Source: Antedon mediterranea | Lineage: Eukaryota; Animalia; Echinodermata | Length of the DNA stretch: 64,000 nucleotides | Reading direction: 5' to 3' | NCBI RefSeq assembly: GCF_964355755.1 | Contig: NC_092678.1 | Coordinates: 10,414,352-10,478,351, forward strand | Shown: positions 1-12,000 of the stretch, piece after piece | How the letters are laid out: each line of letters opens with the position of its first letter | Position numbering within the stretch: position 1 is the first letter of the stretch | The notes under the pieces: model-generated | The model's database searches: none | The model's input: only the letters and a program-made list of their open reading frames with translations | Told to the model about the DNA's origin: nothing | Program-made: the position numbers and the translations under genes

Positions 1-3000
1 AACGAAATGCTCAAAATTGTCTAAAACGGTTTCTAATGTGATTTTAAGCACTTTGATGTTTTTGTAAAACCAAGTTTCATCGAAATGAACAAAATGGTCT
101 AAAATGTCTCCAAATGCGATTTGAAGCTTTTCCAAGCACTTTGCTGTTTTTATGTTAACAAGCTTTTTCGAAAATCACAAAATGGTCTAAAACGTCTCCA
201 AATGCGATTTGAAGATATTCTGAGCACTTTGGTGTTTTTATGTTAAAAAGTTTTTTCGAAAATCACAAAATGGTCTAAAACGTCTCCAAATGCAATTTGA
301 AGATATTCTGAGCACTTTGGTGTTTTTATGTTAAAAAGTTTTTTCGAAAATCACAAAATGGTCTAAAACGTCTCCAAATGCGATTTGAAGCTATTCTGTA
401 CACTTTGATGTTTTGTGTGAAAAAGTTTTGTCGAAATGCTCAAAATGGTTTAAAACGTTTTTAAAACGATATTAAGTTATTTTGTGCTCTTTGATGTTTT
501 TGTGTAACCAAGTTTCATCGAAATGAACAAAATGGTCTAAAACGTCTCCAAATGCGATTTGAAGCTTTTCCAAGCACTTTGCTGTTTTTATGTTAACAAG
601 TTTTTTCGAAAATCACAAAATGGTGTAAAACGTCTCAAAATGCGATTTGAAGGTATTCTGAGCACTTTGGTGTTTTTGTGTGAAAAGTTTTAACGAAATG
701 CTCAAAATGGTCTAAAACGGTTCTAATGTGATTTTAAGCTATTCTAGACACTTTGATGTTTTGTGTGAAAAAGTTTTCTCGAAATGCTCAAAATGGTCTA
801 AAACGTTTTCCAATACCATATTAAGCTATTTTGTGCAATTTGATGTTTTTGTGTAACCAAGTTTTTTGAAATGCGATTTGAAGATATTCTGAGGACTCTG
901 GTGTTTTTATGTTAAAAAGTTTTTTCGAAAATCACAAAATGGTCTAAAACGTCTCCAAATGCGATTTGAAGATATTCTGAGCACTTTGGTGTTTTTATGT
1001 TAAAAATTTTTTTCGAAAATCACAAAATGGTCTAAAACGTCTCCAAATGCGAGTTGAAGCTATTCTGTACACTTTGATGTTTTGTGTGAAAAAGTTTTGT
1101 CGAAATGCTCAAAATGGTCTAAAACGTTTTTAAAACGATATTAAGCTATTTTGTGCTCTTTGATGTTTTTGTGTAACCAAGTTTTTTCGAAAATCACAAA
1201 ATGGTCTAAAACGTCTCCAAATGCGATTTGAAGCTTTTCTAAGCACTTTGGTGTTTTTATGTTAACAAGTTTTTTCGCAAATCACAAAATGGTCTAAAAC
1301 GTCTCCAAATGCGATTTGAAGATATTCTGAGCACATTGGTGTTTTTATGTTAAAAAAGTTTTTTCGAAAATCACAAAATGGTCTAAAACGTTTCCAAATG
1401 CGATTTGAAGCTCTTCTGTACACTTTGATGTTTTGTGTGAAAAAGTTTTTTCGAAATGCTCAAAATGGTCTAAAACGTTTTTAAATACGATATTAAGCTG
1501 TTTTGTGCACTTTGATGGTTTGTGTGAAAAGTTTTAACGAAATGCTCAAAATGGTCAAAAACGGTTTCTAATGTGATTTTAAGCACTTTGATGTTTTTGT
1601 GTAACCAAGTTTTTTCGAAAATCACAAATTGGTCTAAAACGTCTCCAAATGCGATTTGAAGCTTTTCTAAACACTTTGGTGCTTTTATGTTAACAAGTTT
1701 TTTCGAAAATCACAAAATGGTCTAAAACGTCTCCAAATGCGATTTGAAGCTTTTCTAAACACTTTGGTGTTTTTATGTTAACAAGTTTTTTCGAAAATCA
1801 CAAAATGGTCTAAAACGTCTTCAAATGCGATTTGAAGATATTCTGAGCACTTTGGTGTTTTTCTGTTAAAAAGTTTTTTCGAAAATCACAAAATGGTCTA
1901 AAACGTCTCCAAATGCGATTTGAAGCTCTTCTGTACACTTTGATGTTTTGTGTGAAAAAGTTTTCTCGAAATGCTCAAAATGGTCTAAAACGTTTTCCAA
2001 TACCATATTAAGCTATTTTGTGCAATTTGATGTTTTTATGTAACCAAGTTTTTTGAAATGCGATTTGAAGATATTCTGAGCACTTTGGTGTTTTTATGTT
2101 AAAAAGTTTTTTCGAAAATCACAAAATGGTCTAAAACGTCTCCAAATGCGATTTGAAGATATTCTGAGCACTTTGGTGTTTTTATGTTAAAAAGTTTTTT
2201 CGAAAATCACAAAATGGTCTAAAACGTCTCCAAATGCGATTTGAAGCTATTCTGTACACTTTGATGTTTTGTGTGAAAAAGTTTTGTCGAAATGCTCAAA
2301 ATGGTCTAAAACGTATTTAAAACGATATTAAGCTATTTTGTGCTCTTTGATGTTTTTGTGTAACCAAGTTTTTTCGAAAATCACAAAATGGTCTAAAACG
2401 TCTCCAAATGCGATTTGAAGCTTTTCTAAGCACTTTGGTGTTTTTATGTTAACAAGTTTTTTCGAAAATCACAAAATGGTCTAAAACGTCTCAAAATGCG
2501 ATTTGAAGGTATTCTGAGCACTTTGGTGTTTTTGTGTGAAAAGTTTTAACGAAATGCTCAAAATGGTCTAAAACGGTTTCTAATGTGATTTTAAGCACTT
2601 TGATGTTTTTGTGTAACCAAGTTTTTTCGAAAATCACAAAATGGTCTAAAACGTCTCCAAATGCGATTTGAAGCTATTCTGTACACTTTGATGTTTTGTG
2701 TGAAAAAAGTTTTGTCGAAATGCTCAAAATGGTCTAAAACGTTTTTAAAACGATATTGAGCTATTTTGTGCTCTTTGATGTTTTTGTGTAACCAAGTTTT
2801 ATCGAAATGAACAAAATGGTCTAAAACGTCTCCAAATGCGATTTGAAGCTTTTCCAAGCACTTTGCTGTTTTTATATTAAGTTTTTTCGAAAATCACAAA
2901 ATGGTCTAAAACGTCTCTAAATGCGATTTGAAGGTATTCTGAGCAATTTGGTGTTTTTGTGTGAAAAGTTTTAACGAAATGCTCAAAATTGTCTAAAACG

Positions 3001-6000
3001 GTTTCTAATGTGATTTTAAGCACTTTGATGTTTTTGTAAAACCAAGTTTCATCGAAATGCACAAAATGGTCTAAAACGTCTCCAAATGCGATTTGAAGCT
3101 ATTCTGTACACTTTGATGTTTTGTGTGAAAAAAGTTTTGTCGAAATGCTCAAAATGGTCTAAAACGTTTTTAAAACGATATTAAGCTATTTTGTGCTCTT
3201 TGATGTTTTTGTGTAACCAAGTTTTATCGAAATGAACAAAATGGTCTAAAACGTCTCCAAATGCGATTTGAAGCTTTTCCAAGCACTTTGCTGTTTTTAT
3301 GTTAACAGGTTTTTTCGAAAATCACAAAATGGTCTAAAACGTCTCAAAATGCGATTTGAAGGTATTCTGAGCACTTTGGTGTTTTTGTGTGAAAAGTTTT
3401 AACGAAATGCTCAAAATTGTCTAAAACGGTTTCTAATGTGATTTTAAGCACTTTGATGTTTTTGTAAAACCAAGTTTCATCGAAATGCACAAAATGGTCT
3501 AAAATGTCTCCAAATGCGATTTGAAGCTTTTCCAAGCACTTTGCTGTTTTTATGTTAACAAGCTTTTTCGAAAATCACAAAATGGTCTAAAACGTCTCCA
3601 AATGTGATTTGAAGATATTCTGAGCACTTTGGTATTTTTATGTTAAAAAGTTTTTTCGAAAATCACAAAATGGTCTAAAACGTCTCCAAATGCGATTTGA
3701 AGATATTCTGAGCACTTTGGTGTTTTTATGTTAAAAAGTTTTTTCGAAAATCACAAAATGGTCTAAAACGTCTCCAAATGCGATTTGAAGCTATTCTGTA
3801 CACTTTGATGTTTTGTGTGAAAAAGTTTTGTCGAAATGCTCAAAATGGTTTAAAACGTTTTTAAAACGATATTAAGCTATTTTGTGCTCTTTGATGTTTT
3901 TGTATAACCAAGTTTCATCGAAATGCACAAAATGGTCTAAAACGTCTCCAAATACGATTTGAAGCTTTTCCAAGCACTTTGCTGTTTTTATGTTAACAAG
4001 TTTTTTCGAAAATCACAAAATTGTCTAAAACGTCTCAAAATGCGATTTGAAGGTATTCTGAGCACTTTGGTGTTTTTGTGTGAAAAGTTTTAACGAAAAG
4101 CTCAAAATGGTCTAAAACGGTTCTAATGTGATTTTAAGCACTTTGATGTTTTTGTACAACCAAGTTTCATCGAAATGCTCAAAATGGTCTAAAACGTTTT
4201 TAAAACGATATTAAGCTATTTTGTGCTCTTTGATGTTTTTGTGTAACCAAGTTTTTTTCGAAAATCACAAAATGGTCTAAAACGTCTCCAAATGCGATTT
4301 GAAGCTTTTCTAAGCACTTTGGTGTTTTTATGTTAACAAGTTTTTTCGAAAATCGCAAAATGGTCTAAAACGTCTCAAAATGCGATTTGAAGGTATTCTG
4401 AGCACTTTGGTGTTTTTGTGTGAAAAGTTTTAACGAAATGCTCAAAATGGTCTAAAACGGTTTCTAATGTGATTTTAACCACTTTGATGTTTTTGTGTAA
4501 CCAAGTTCTTTTCGAAAATCACAAAATGGTCTAAAACGTCTCCAAATGCGATTTGAAGCTTTTCTAAGCACTTTGGTGTTTTTATGTTAACAAGTTTTTT
4601 CGAAAATCACAAAATGGTCTAAAACGTCTCAAAATGCGATTTGAAGGTATTCTGAGCACTTTGGTGTTTTTGTGTGAAAAGTTTTAACGAAATGCTCAAA
4701 ATGGTCTAAAACGGTTTCTAATGTGATTTTAACCACTTTGATGTTTTTGTGTAACCAAGTTTTTTCGAAAATCACAAAATGGTCTAAAACGTCTCCAAAT
4801 GCGATTTGAAGCTTTTCTAAGCACTTTGGTGTTTTTATGTTAACAAGTTTTTTCGAAAATCACAAAATGGTCTAAAACGTCTCCAAATGCGATTTGAAGC
4901 TATTCTGTACACTTTGATGTTTTGTGTGAAAAAAGTTTTGTCGAAATGCTCAAAATGGTCTAAAACGTTTTTAAAACGATATTAAGCTATTTTGTGCTCT
5001 TTGATGTTTTTGTGTAACCAAGTTTTATCGAAATGAACAAAATGTTCTAAAACGTCTCCAAATGCGATTTGAAGCTTTTCCAAGCACTTTGCTGTTTTTA
5101 TGTTAAGTTTTTTCGAAAATCACAAATTGGTCTAAAACGTCTCTAAATGCGAGTTGAAGGTATTCTGAGCACTTTGGTGTTTTTGTGTGAAAAGTTTTAA
5201 CGAAATGCTCAAAATTGTCTAAAACGGTTTCTAATGTGATTTTAAGCACTTTGATGTTTTTGTAAAACCAAGTTTCATCGAAATGCACAAAATGGTCTAA
5301 AACGTCTCCAAATGCGATTTGAAGCTTTTCCAAGCACTTTGCTGTTTTTATGTTAACAAGCTTTTTCGAAAATCACAAAATGGTCTAAAACGTCTCCAAA
5401 TGCGATTTGAAGATATTCTGAGCACTTTGGTGTTTTTATGTTAAAAAGTTTTTTCGAAAATCACAAAATGGTCTAAAACGTCTCCAAATGCGATTTGAAG
5501 CTCTTCTGTACACTTTGATGTTTTGTGTGAATAAGTTTTGTCAAAATGCTCAAAATGGTCTAAAACGTTTTTAAAACGATATTAAGCTATTTTGTGCTCT
5601 TTGATGTTTTTGTATAACCAAGTTTTTTCGAAAATCACAAAATTGTCTAAAACGTCTCCAAATGCGATTTGAAGATATTCTGAGCACTTTGGTGTTTTTA
5701 TGTTAAAAAGTTTTTTCGAAAATCACAAAATGGTCTAAAACGTCTCCAAATGCGATTTGAAGATATTCTGAGCACTTTGGTGTTTTGTGTGAAAAGTTTT
5801 GTCGAAATGCTCAAAATGGTCTAAAACGTTTTTAAAACGATATTAAGCTATTTTGTGCTCTTTGATGTTTTTGTGTAACCAAGTTTCATCGAAATGAACA
5901 AAATGGTCTAAAACGTCTCCAAATGCGATTTGAAGCTTTTCTAAGCACTTTGGTGTTTTTATGTTAACAAGTTTTTTCGAAAATCACAAAATGGTCTAAA

Positions 6001-9000
6001 ACGTCTCCAAATGCGATTTGAAGATATTCTGAGCACTTTGCTGTTTTTATGTTAACAAGTTTTTTCGAAAATCACAAAATGGTCTAAAACGTCTCAAAAT
6101 GCTATTTGAAGGTATTCTGAGCACTTTGGTGTTTTTGTGTGAAAAGTTTTAACGAAATGCTCAAAATGGTCTAAAACGGTTCTAATGTGATTTTAAGCAC
6201 TTTGATGTTTTTGTATAACCAAGTTTCATCGAAATGCTCAAAATGGTCTAAAACGTTTTTAAAACGATATTAAGCTATTTTGTGCTCTTTGATGTTTTTG
6301 TGTAACGAAGTTTCATCGAAATGAACAAAATGGTCTAAAACGTCTCCAAATGCGATTTGAAGCTTTTCCAAGCACTTTGCTGTTTTTATGTTAACAAGTT
6401 TTTTCGAAAATCACAAAATGGCCTAAAACGTCTCAAAATGCGATTTCAAGGTATTCTGAGCACTTTGGTGTTTTTGTGTGAAAGGTTTTAACGAAATGCT
6501 CAAAATGGTCTAAAACGGTTTCTAATGTGATTTTAAGCACTTTGATGTTTTTGTATAACCAAGTTTCATCGAAATGCACAAAATGGTCTAAAACGTCTCC
6601 AAATGCGATTTGAAGCTTTTCTAAGCACTTTGCTGTTTTTATGTTAAAAAGTTTTTTCGAAAATCACAAAATGGTCTAAAACGTCTCCAAATGCGATTTG
6701 AAGATATTCTGAGCACTTTGGTGTTTTTATGTTAAAAAGTTTTTTCGAAAATCACAAAATGGTCTAAAACGTCTCCAAATGCGATTTGAAGATATTCTGA
6801 GCACTTTGGTGTTTTTATGTTAAAAAGTTTTTTCGAAAATCACAAAATGGTCTAAAACGTCTCCAAATGCGATTTGAAGCTATTCTGTACACTTTGATGT
6901 TTTGTGTGAAAAAGTTTTGTCGAAATGCTCAAAATGGTCTAAAACGTTTTTAAAACGATATTAAGCTATTTTGTGCTCTTTGATGTTTTTGTGTAACCAA
7001 GTTTTATCGAAATGAACAAAATGGTCTAAAACGTCTCCAAATGCGATTTGAAGCTTTTCTAAGCACTTTGCTGTTTTTATGTTAACAAGTTTTTTCGAAA
7101 ATCACAAAATGGTCTAAAACGTCTCCAAATGGGATTTGAAGCTTTTCTAAGCACTTTGGTGTTTTTATGTTAACAAGTTTTTTCGAAAAACACAAAATGG
7201 TCTAAAACGTCTCCAAATGCGATTTGAAGATATTCTGAGCACTTTGGTGTTTTTATGTTAAAAAGTATTTTCGAAAATCACAAAATGGTCTAAAACGTCT
7301 CCAAATGCGATTTGAAGCTCTTCTGTACACTTTGATGTTTTGTGTGAAAAAGTTTAGTCGAAATGCTCAAAATGGTCTAAAACGTTTTTAAAACGATATT
7401 AAGCTATTTTGTGCTCTTTGATGTTTTTGTGTAACCAAGTTTCATCGAAAATCACAAAATGGTCTAAAACGTCTCCAAATGCGATTTGAAGCTTTTCCAA
7501 GCACTTTGCTGTTTTTATGTTAACAAGTTTTTTCGAAAATCACAAAATGGTCTAAAACGTCTCAAAATGCGATTTGAAGGTATTCTGAGCACTTTGGTGT
7601 TTTTGTGTGAAAAGTTTTAACGAAATGCTCAAAATTGTCTAAAACGGTTTCTAATGTGATTTTAAGCACTTTGATGTTTTTGTAAAACCAAGTTTCATCG
7701 AAATGAACAAAATGGTCTAAAATGTCTCCAAATGCGATTTGAAGCTTTTCCAAGCACTTTGCTGTTTTTATGTTAACAAGTTTTTTCGAAAATCACAAAA
7801 TTGTCTAAAACGTCTCAAAATGCGATTTGAAGGTATTCTGAGCACTTTGGTGTTTTTGTGTGAAAAGTTTTAACGAAAAGCTCAAAATGGTCTAAAACGG
7901 TTCTAATGTGATTTTAAGCACTTTGATGTTTTTGTACAACCAAGTTTCATCGAAATGCTCAAAATGGTCTAAAACGTTTTTAAAACGATATTAAGCTATT
8001 TTGTGCTCTTTGATGTTTTTGTGTAACCAAGTTTTTTCGAAAATCACAAAATGGTCTAAAACGTCTCCAAATGCGATTTGAAGCTTTTCTAAGCACTTTG
8101 GTGTTTTTATGTTAACAAGTTTTTTCGAAAATCACAAAATGGTCTAAAACGTCTCCAAATGCGATTTGAAGATATTCTGAGCACTTTGGTGTTTTTCTGT
8201 TAAAAAGTATTTTCGAAAATCACAAAATGGTCTAAAACGTCTCCAAATGCAATTTGAAGCTATTCTGTACACTTTGATGTTTTGTGTGAAAAAGTTTTGT
8301 CAAAATGCTCAAAATGGTCTAAAACGTTTTTAAAACGATATTAAGCTATTTTGTGCTCTTTGATGTTTTTGTATAACCAAGTTTTTTCGAAAATCACAAA
8401 ATGGTCTAAAACGTCTCCAAATGCGATTTGAAGCTTTTCTAAACACTTTGGTGTTTTTATGTTAACAAGTTTTTTCGAAAATCACAAAATGGTCTAAAAC
8501 GTCTCCAAATCCGATTTGAAGCTATTCTGTACACTTTGATGTTTTGTGTGAAAAAGTTTTGTCGAAATGCTCAAAATGGTCTAAAACGTTTTTAAAACGA
8601 TATTAAGCTATTTTGTGCTCTTTGATGTTTTTGTGTAACCAAGTTTCATCGATATGAACAAAATGGTCTAAAACGTCTCAAAATGCGATTTGAAGGTATT
8701 CTGAGCACTTTGGTGTTTTTGGGTGAAAAGTTTTAACGAAATGCTCAAAATGGTCTAAAACGGTTTCTAATGTGATTTTAAGCACTTTGAAGTATTTGTA
8801 AAAACAAGTTTCATCGAAATGCACAAAATAGTCTAAAACGTCTCCAAATGCGATTTGAAGCTTTTCTAAGCACTTTGGTGTTTTTATGTTAACAAGTTTT
8901 TTCGAAAATCACAAAATGGTCTAAAACGTCTCCAAATGCGATTTGAAGATATTCTGAGCACTTTGGTGTTTTTATGTTAAAAAGTATTTTCGAAAATCAC

Positions 9001-12000
9001 AAAATGGTCTAAAACGTCTCCAAATGCGATTTGAAGCTCTTCTGTACACTTTGATGTTTTTTGTGAAAAAGTTTAGTCGAAATGCTCAAAATGGTCTATA
9101 ACGTTTTTAAAACGATATTAAGCTATTTTGTGCTCTTTGATGTTTTTGTGTAACCAAGTTTCATCGAAAATCACAAAATGGTCTAAAACGTCTCCAAATG
9201 CGATTTGAAGATATTCTGAGCACTTTGGTGTTTTTATGTTAACAAGTTTTTTCGAAAATCACAAAATGGTCTAAAACGTCTCCAAATGCGATTTGAAGAT
9301 ATTCTGAGCACTTTGGTGTTTTTATGTTAAAAAGTTTTTTCGAAAATCACAAAATGGTCTAAAACGTCTCCAAATGCGATTTGAAGCTATTCTATACACT
9401 TTGATGTTTTGTGTTAAAAAGTTTTGTCGAAATGCTCAAAATGGTTTAAAACGTTTTTAAAACGATATTAAGCTATTTTGTGCTCTTTGATGTTTTTGTG
9501 TAACCAAGTTTCATCGAAATGAACAAAATGGTCTAAAACGTCTCCAAATGCGATTTGAAGCTTTTCCAAGCACTTTGCTGTTTTTATGTTAACAAGTTTT
9601 TTCGAAAATCACAAAATTGTCTAAAACGTCTCAAAAAGCGATTTGAAGGTATTCTGAGCACTTTGGTGTTTTTGTGTGAAAAGTTTTAACGAAAAGCTCA
9701 AAATGGTCTAAAACGGTTCTAATGTGATTTTAAGCACTTTGATGTTTTTGTACAACCAAGTTTCATCGAAATGCTCAAAATGGTCTAAAACGTTTTTAAA
9801 ACGATATTAAGCTATTTTGTGCTCTTTGATGTTTTTGTGTAACCAAGTTTTTTCGAAAATCACAAAATGGTCTAAAACGTCTCCAAATGCGATTTGAAGC
9901 TTTTCTAAGCACTTTGGTGTTTTTATGTTAACAAGTTTTTTCAAAAATCACAAAATGGTCTAAAACGTCTCCAAATGCGATTTGAAGATATTCTGAGCAC
10001 TTTGGTGTTTTTCTGTTAAAAAGTATTTTCGAAAATCACAAAATGGTCTAAAACGTCTCCAAATGCAATTTGAAGCTATTCTGTACACTTTGATGTTTTG
10101 TGTGAAAAAGTTTTGTCAAAATGCTCAAAATGGTCTAAAACGTTTTTAAAACGATATTAAGCTATTTTGTGCTCTTTGATGTTTTTGTATAACCAAGTTT
10201 TTTCGAAAATCACAAAATGGTCTAAAACGTCTCCAAATGCGATTTGAAGCTTTTCTAAACACTTTGGTGTTTTTATGTTAACAAGTTTTTTCGAAAATCA
10301 CAAAATGGTCTAAAACGTCTCCAAATCCGATTTGAAGCTATTCTGTACACTTTGATGTTTTGTGTGAAAAAGTTTTGTCGAAATGCTCAAAATGGTCTAA
10401 AACGTTTTTAAAACGATATTAAGCTATTTTGTGCTCTTTGATGTTTTTGTGTAACCAAGTTTCATCGATATGAACAAAATGGTCTAAAACGTCTCAAAAT
10501 GCGATTTGAAGGTATTCTGAGCACTTTGGTGTTTTTGGGTGAAAAGTTTTAACGAAATGCTCAAAATGGTCTAAAACGGTTTCTAATGTGATTTTAAGCA
10601 CTTTGAAGTATTTGTAAAAACAAGTTTCATCGAAATGCACAAAATAGTCTAAAACGTCTCCAAATGCGATTTGAAGCTTTTCTAAGCACTTTGGTGTTTT
10701 TATGTTAACAAGTTTTTTCGAAAATCACAAAATGGTCTAAAACGTCTCCAAATGCGATTTGAAGATATTCTGAGCACTTTGGTGTTTTTATGTTAAAAAG
10801 TATTTTCGAAAATCACAAAATGGTCTAAAACGTCTCCAAATGCGATTTGAAGCTCTTCTGTACACTTTGATGTTTTGTGTGAAAAAGTTTAGTCGAAATG
10901 CTCAAAATGGTCTAAAACGTTTTTAAAACGATATTAAGCTATTTTGTGCTCTTTGATGTTTTTGTGTAACCAAGTTTCATCGAAAATCACAAAATGGTCT
11001 AAAACGTCTCCAAATGCGATTTGAAGCTTTTCCAAGCACTTTGCTGTTTTTATGTTAACAAGTTTTTTCGAAAATCACAAAATGGTCTAAAACGTCTCAA
11101 AATACGATATTAAGCTGTTTTGTGCACTTTGATGATTTGTGTGAAAAGTTTTAACGAAATGCTCAAAATGGTCTAAAACGGTTTCTAATGTGATTTTAAG
11201 CACTTTGATGTTTTTATGTAGCCAAGTTTTTTCGAAAATCACAAAATGGTCAAAAACGTCTCCAAATGCGATTTGAAGCTTTTCTAAGCACTTTGGTGTT
11301 TTTATGTTAACAAGTTTTTTCGAAAATCACAAAATGGTCTAAAACGTCTTCAAATGCGATTTGAAGATATTCTGAGCACTTTGGTGTTTTTCTGTTAAAA
11401 AGTATTTTCGAAAATCACAAAATGGTCTATAACGTCTCCAAATGCGATTTGAAGCTATTCTGTACACTTTGATGTTTTGTGTGAAAAAGTTTTGTCAAAA
11501 TGCTCAAAATGGTCTAAAACGTTTTTAAAACGATATTAAGCTATTTTGTGCTCTTTGATGTGTTTGTATAACCAAGTTTTTTCGAAAATCACAAAATGGT
11601 CTAAAACGTCTCCAAATGCGATTTAAAGCTATTCTAGACACTTTGATGTTTTGTGTGAAAAATTTTCTCGAAATGCTCAAAATGGTCTAAAACGTTTTCC
11701 AATACCATTATTAAGCTATTTTGTGCAATTTGATGTTTTTGTGTAACCAAGTTTTTTGAAATGCGATTTGAAGATATTCTGAGGACTTTGGTGTTTTTAT
11801 GTTAAAAAGTTTTTTCGAAAATCACAAAATGGTCTAAAACGTCTCCAAATGCGATTTGAAGATATTCTGAGCACTTTGGTGTTTTTATGTTAAAAAGTTT
11901 TTTGGAAAATCACAAAATGGTCTAAAACGACTCCAAATGCGATTTGAAGCTATCCTGTACACTTATGTTTTGTGTGAAAAAGTTTTGTCGAAATGCTCAA

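Noticed and set aside
255-272. TTCG in monomers as a CENP-B box
   Set aside because: TTCG is followed by AAAATCACAAAA, without the required downstream CGGG.
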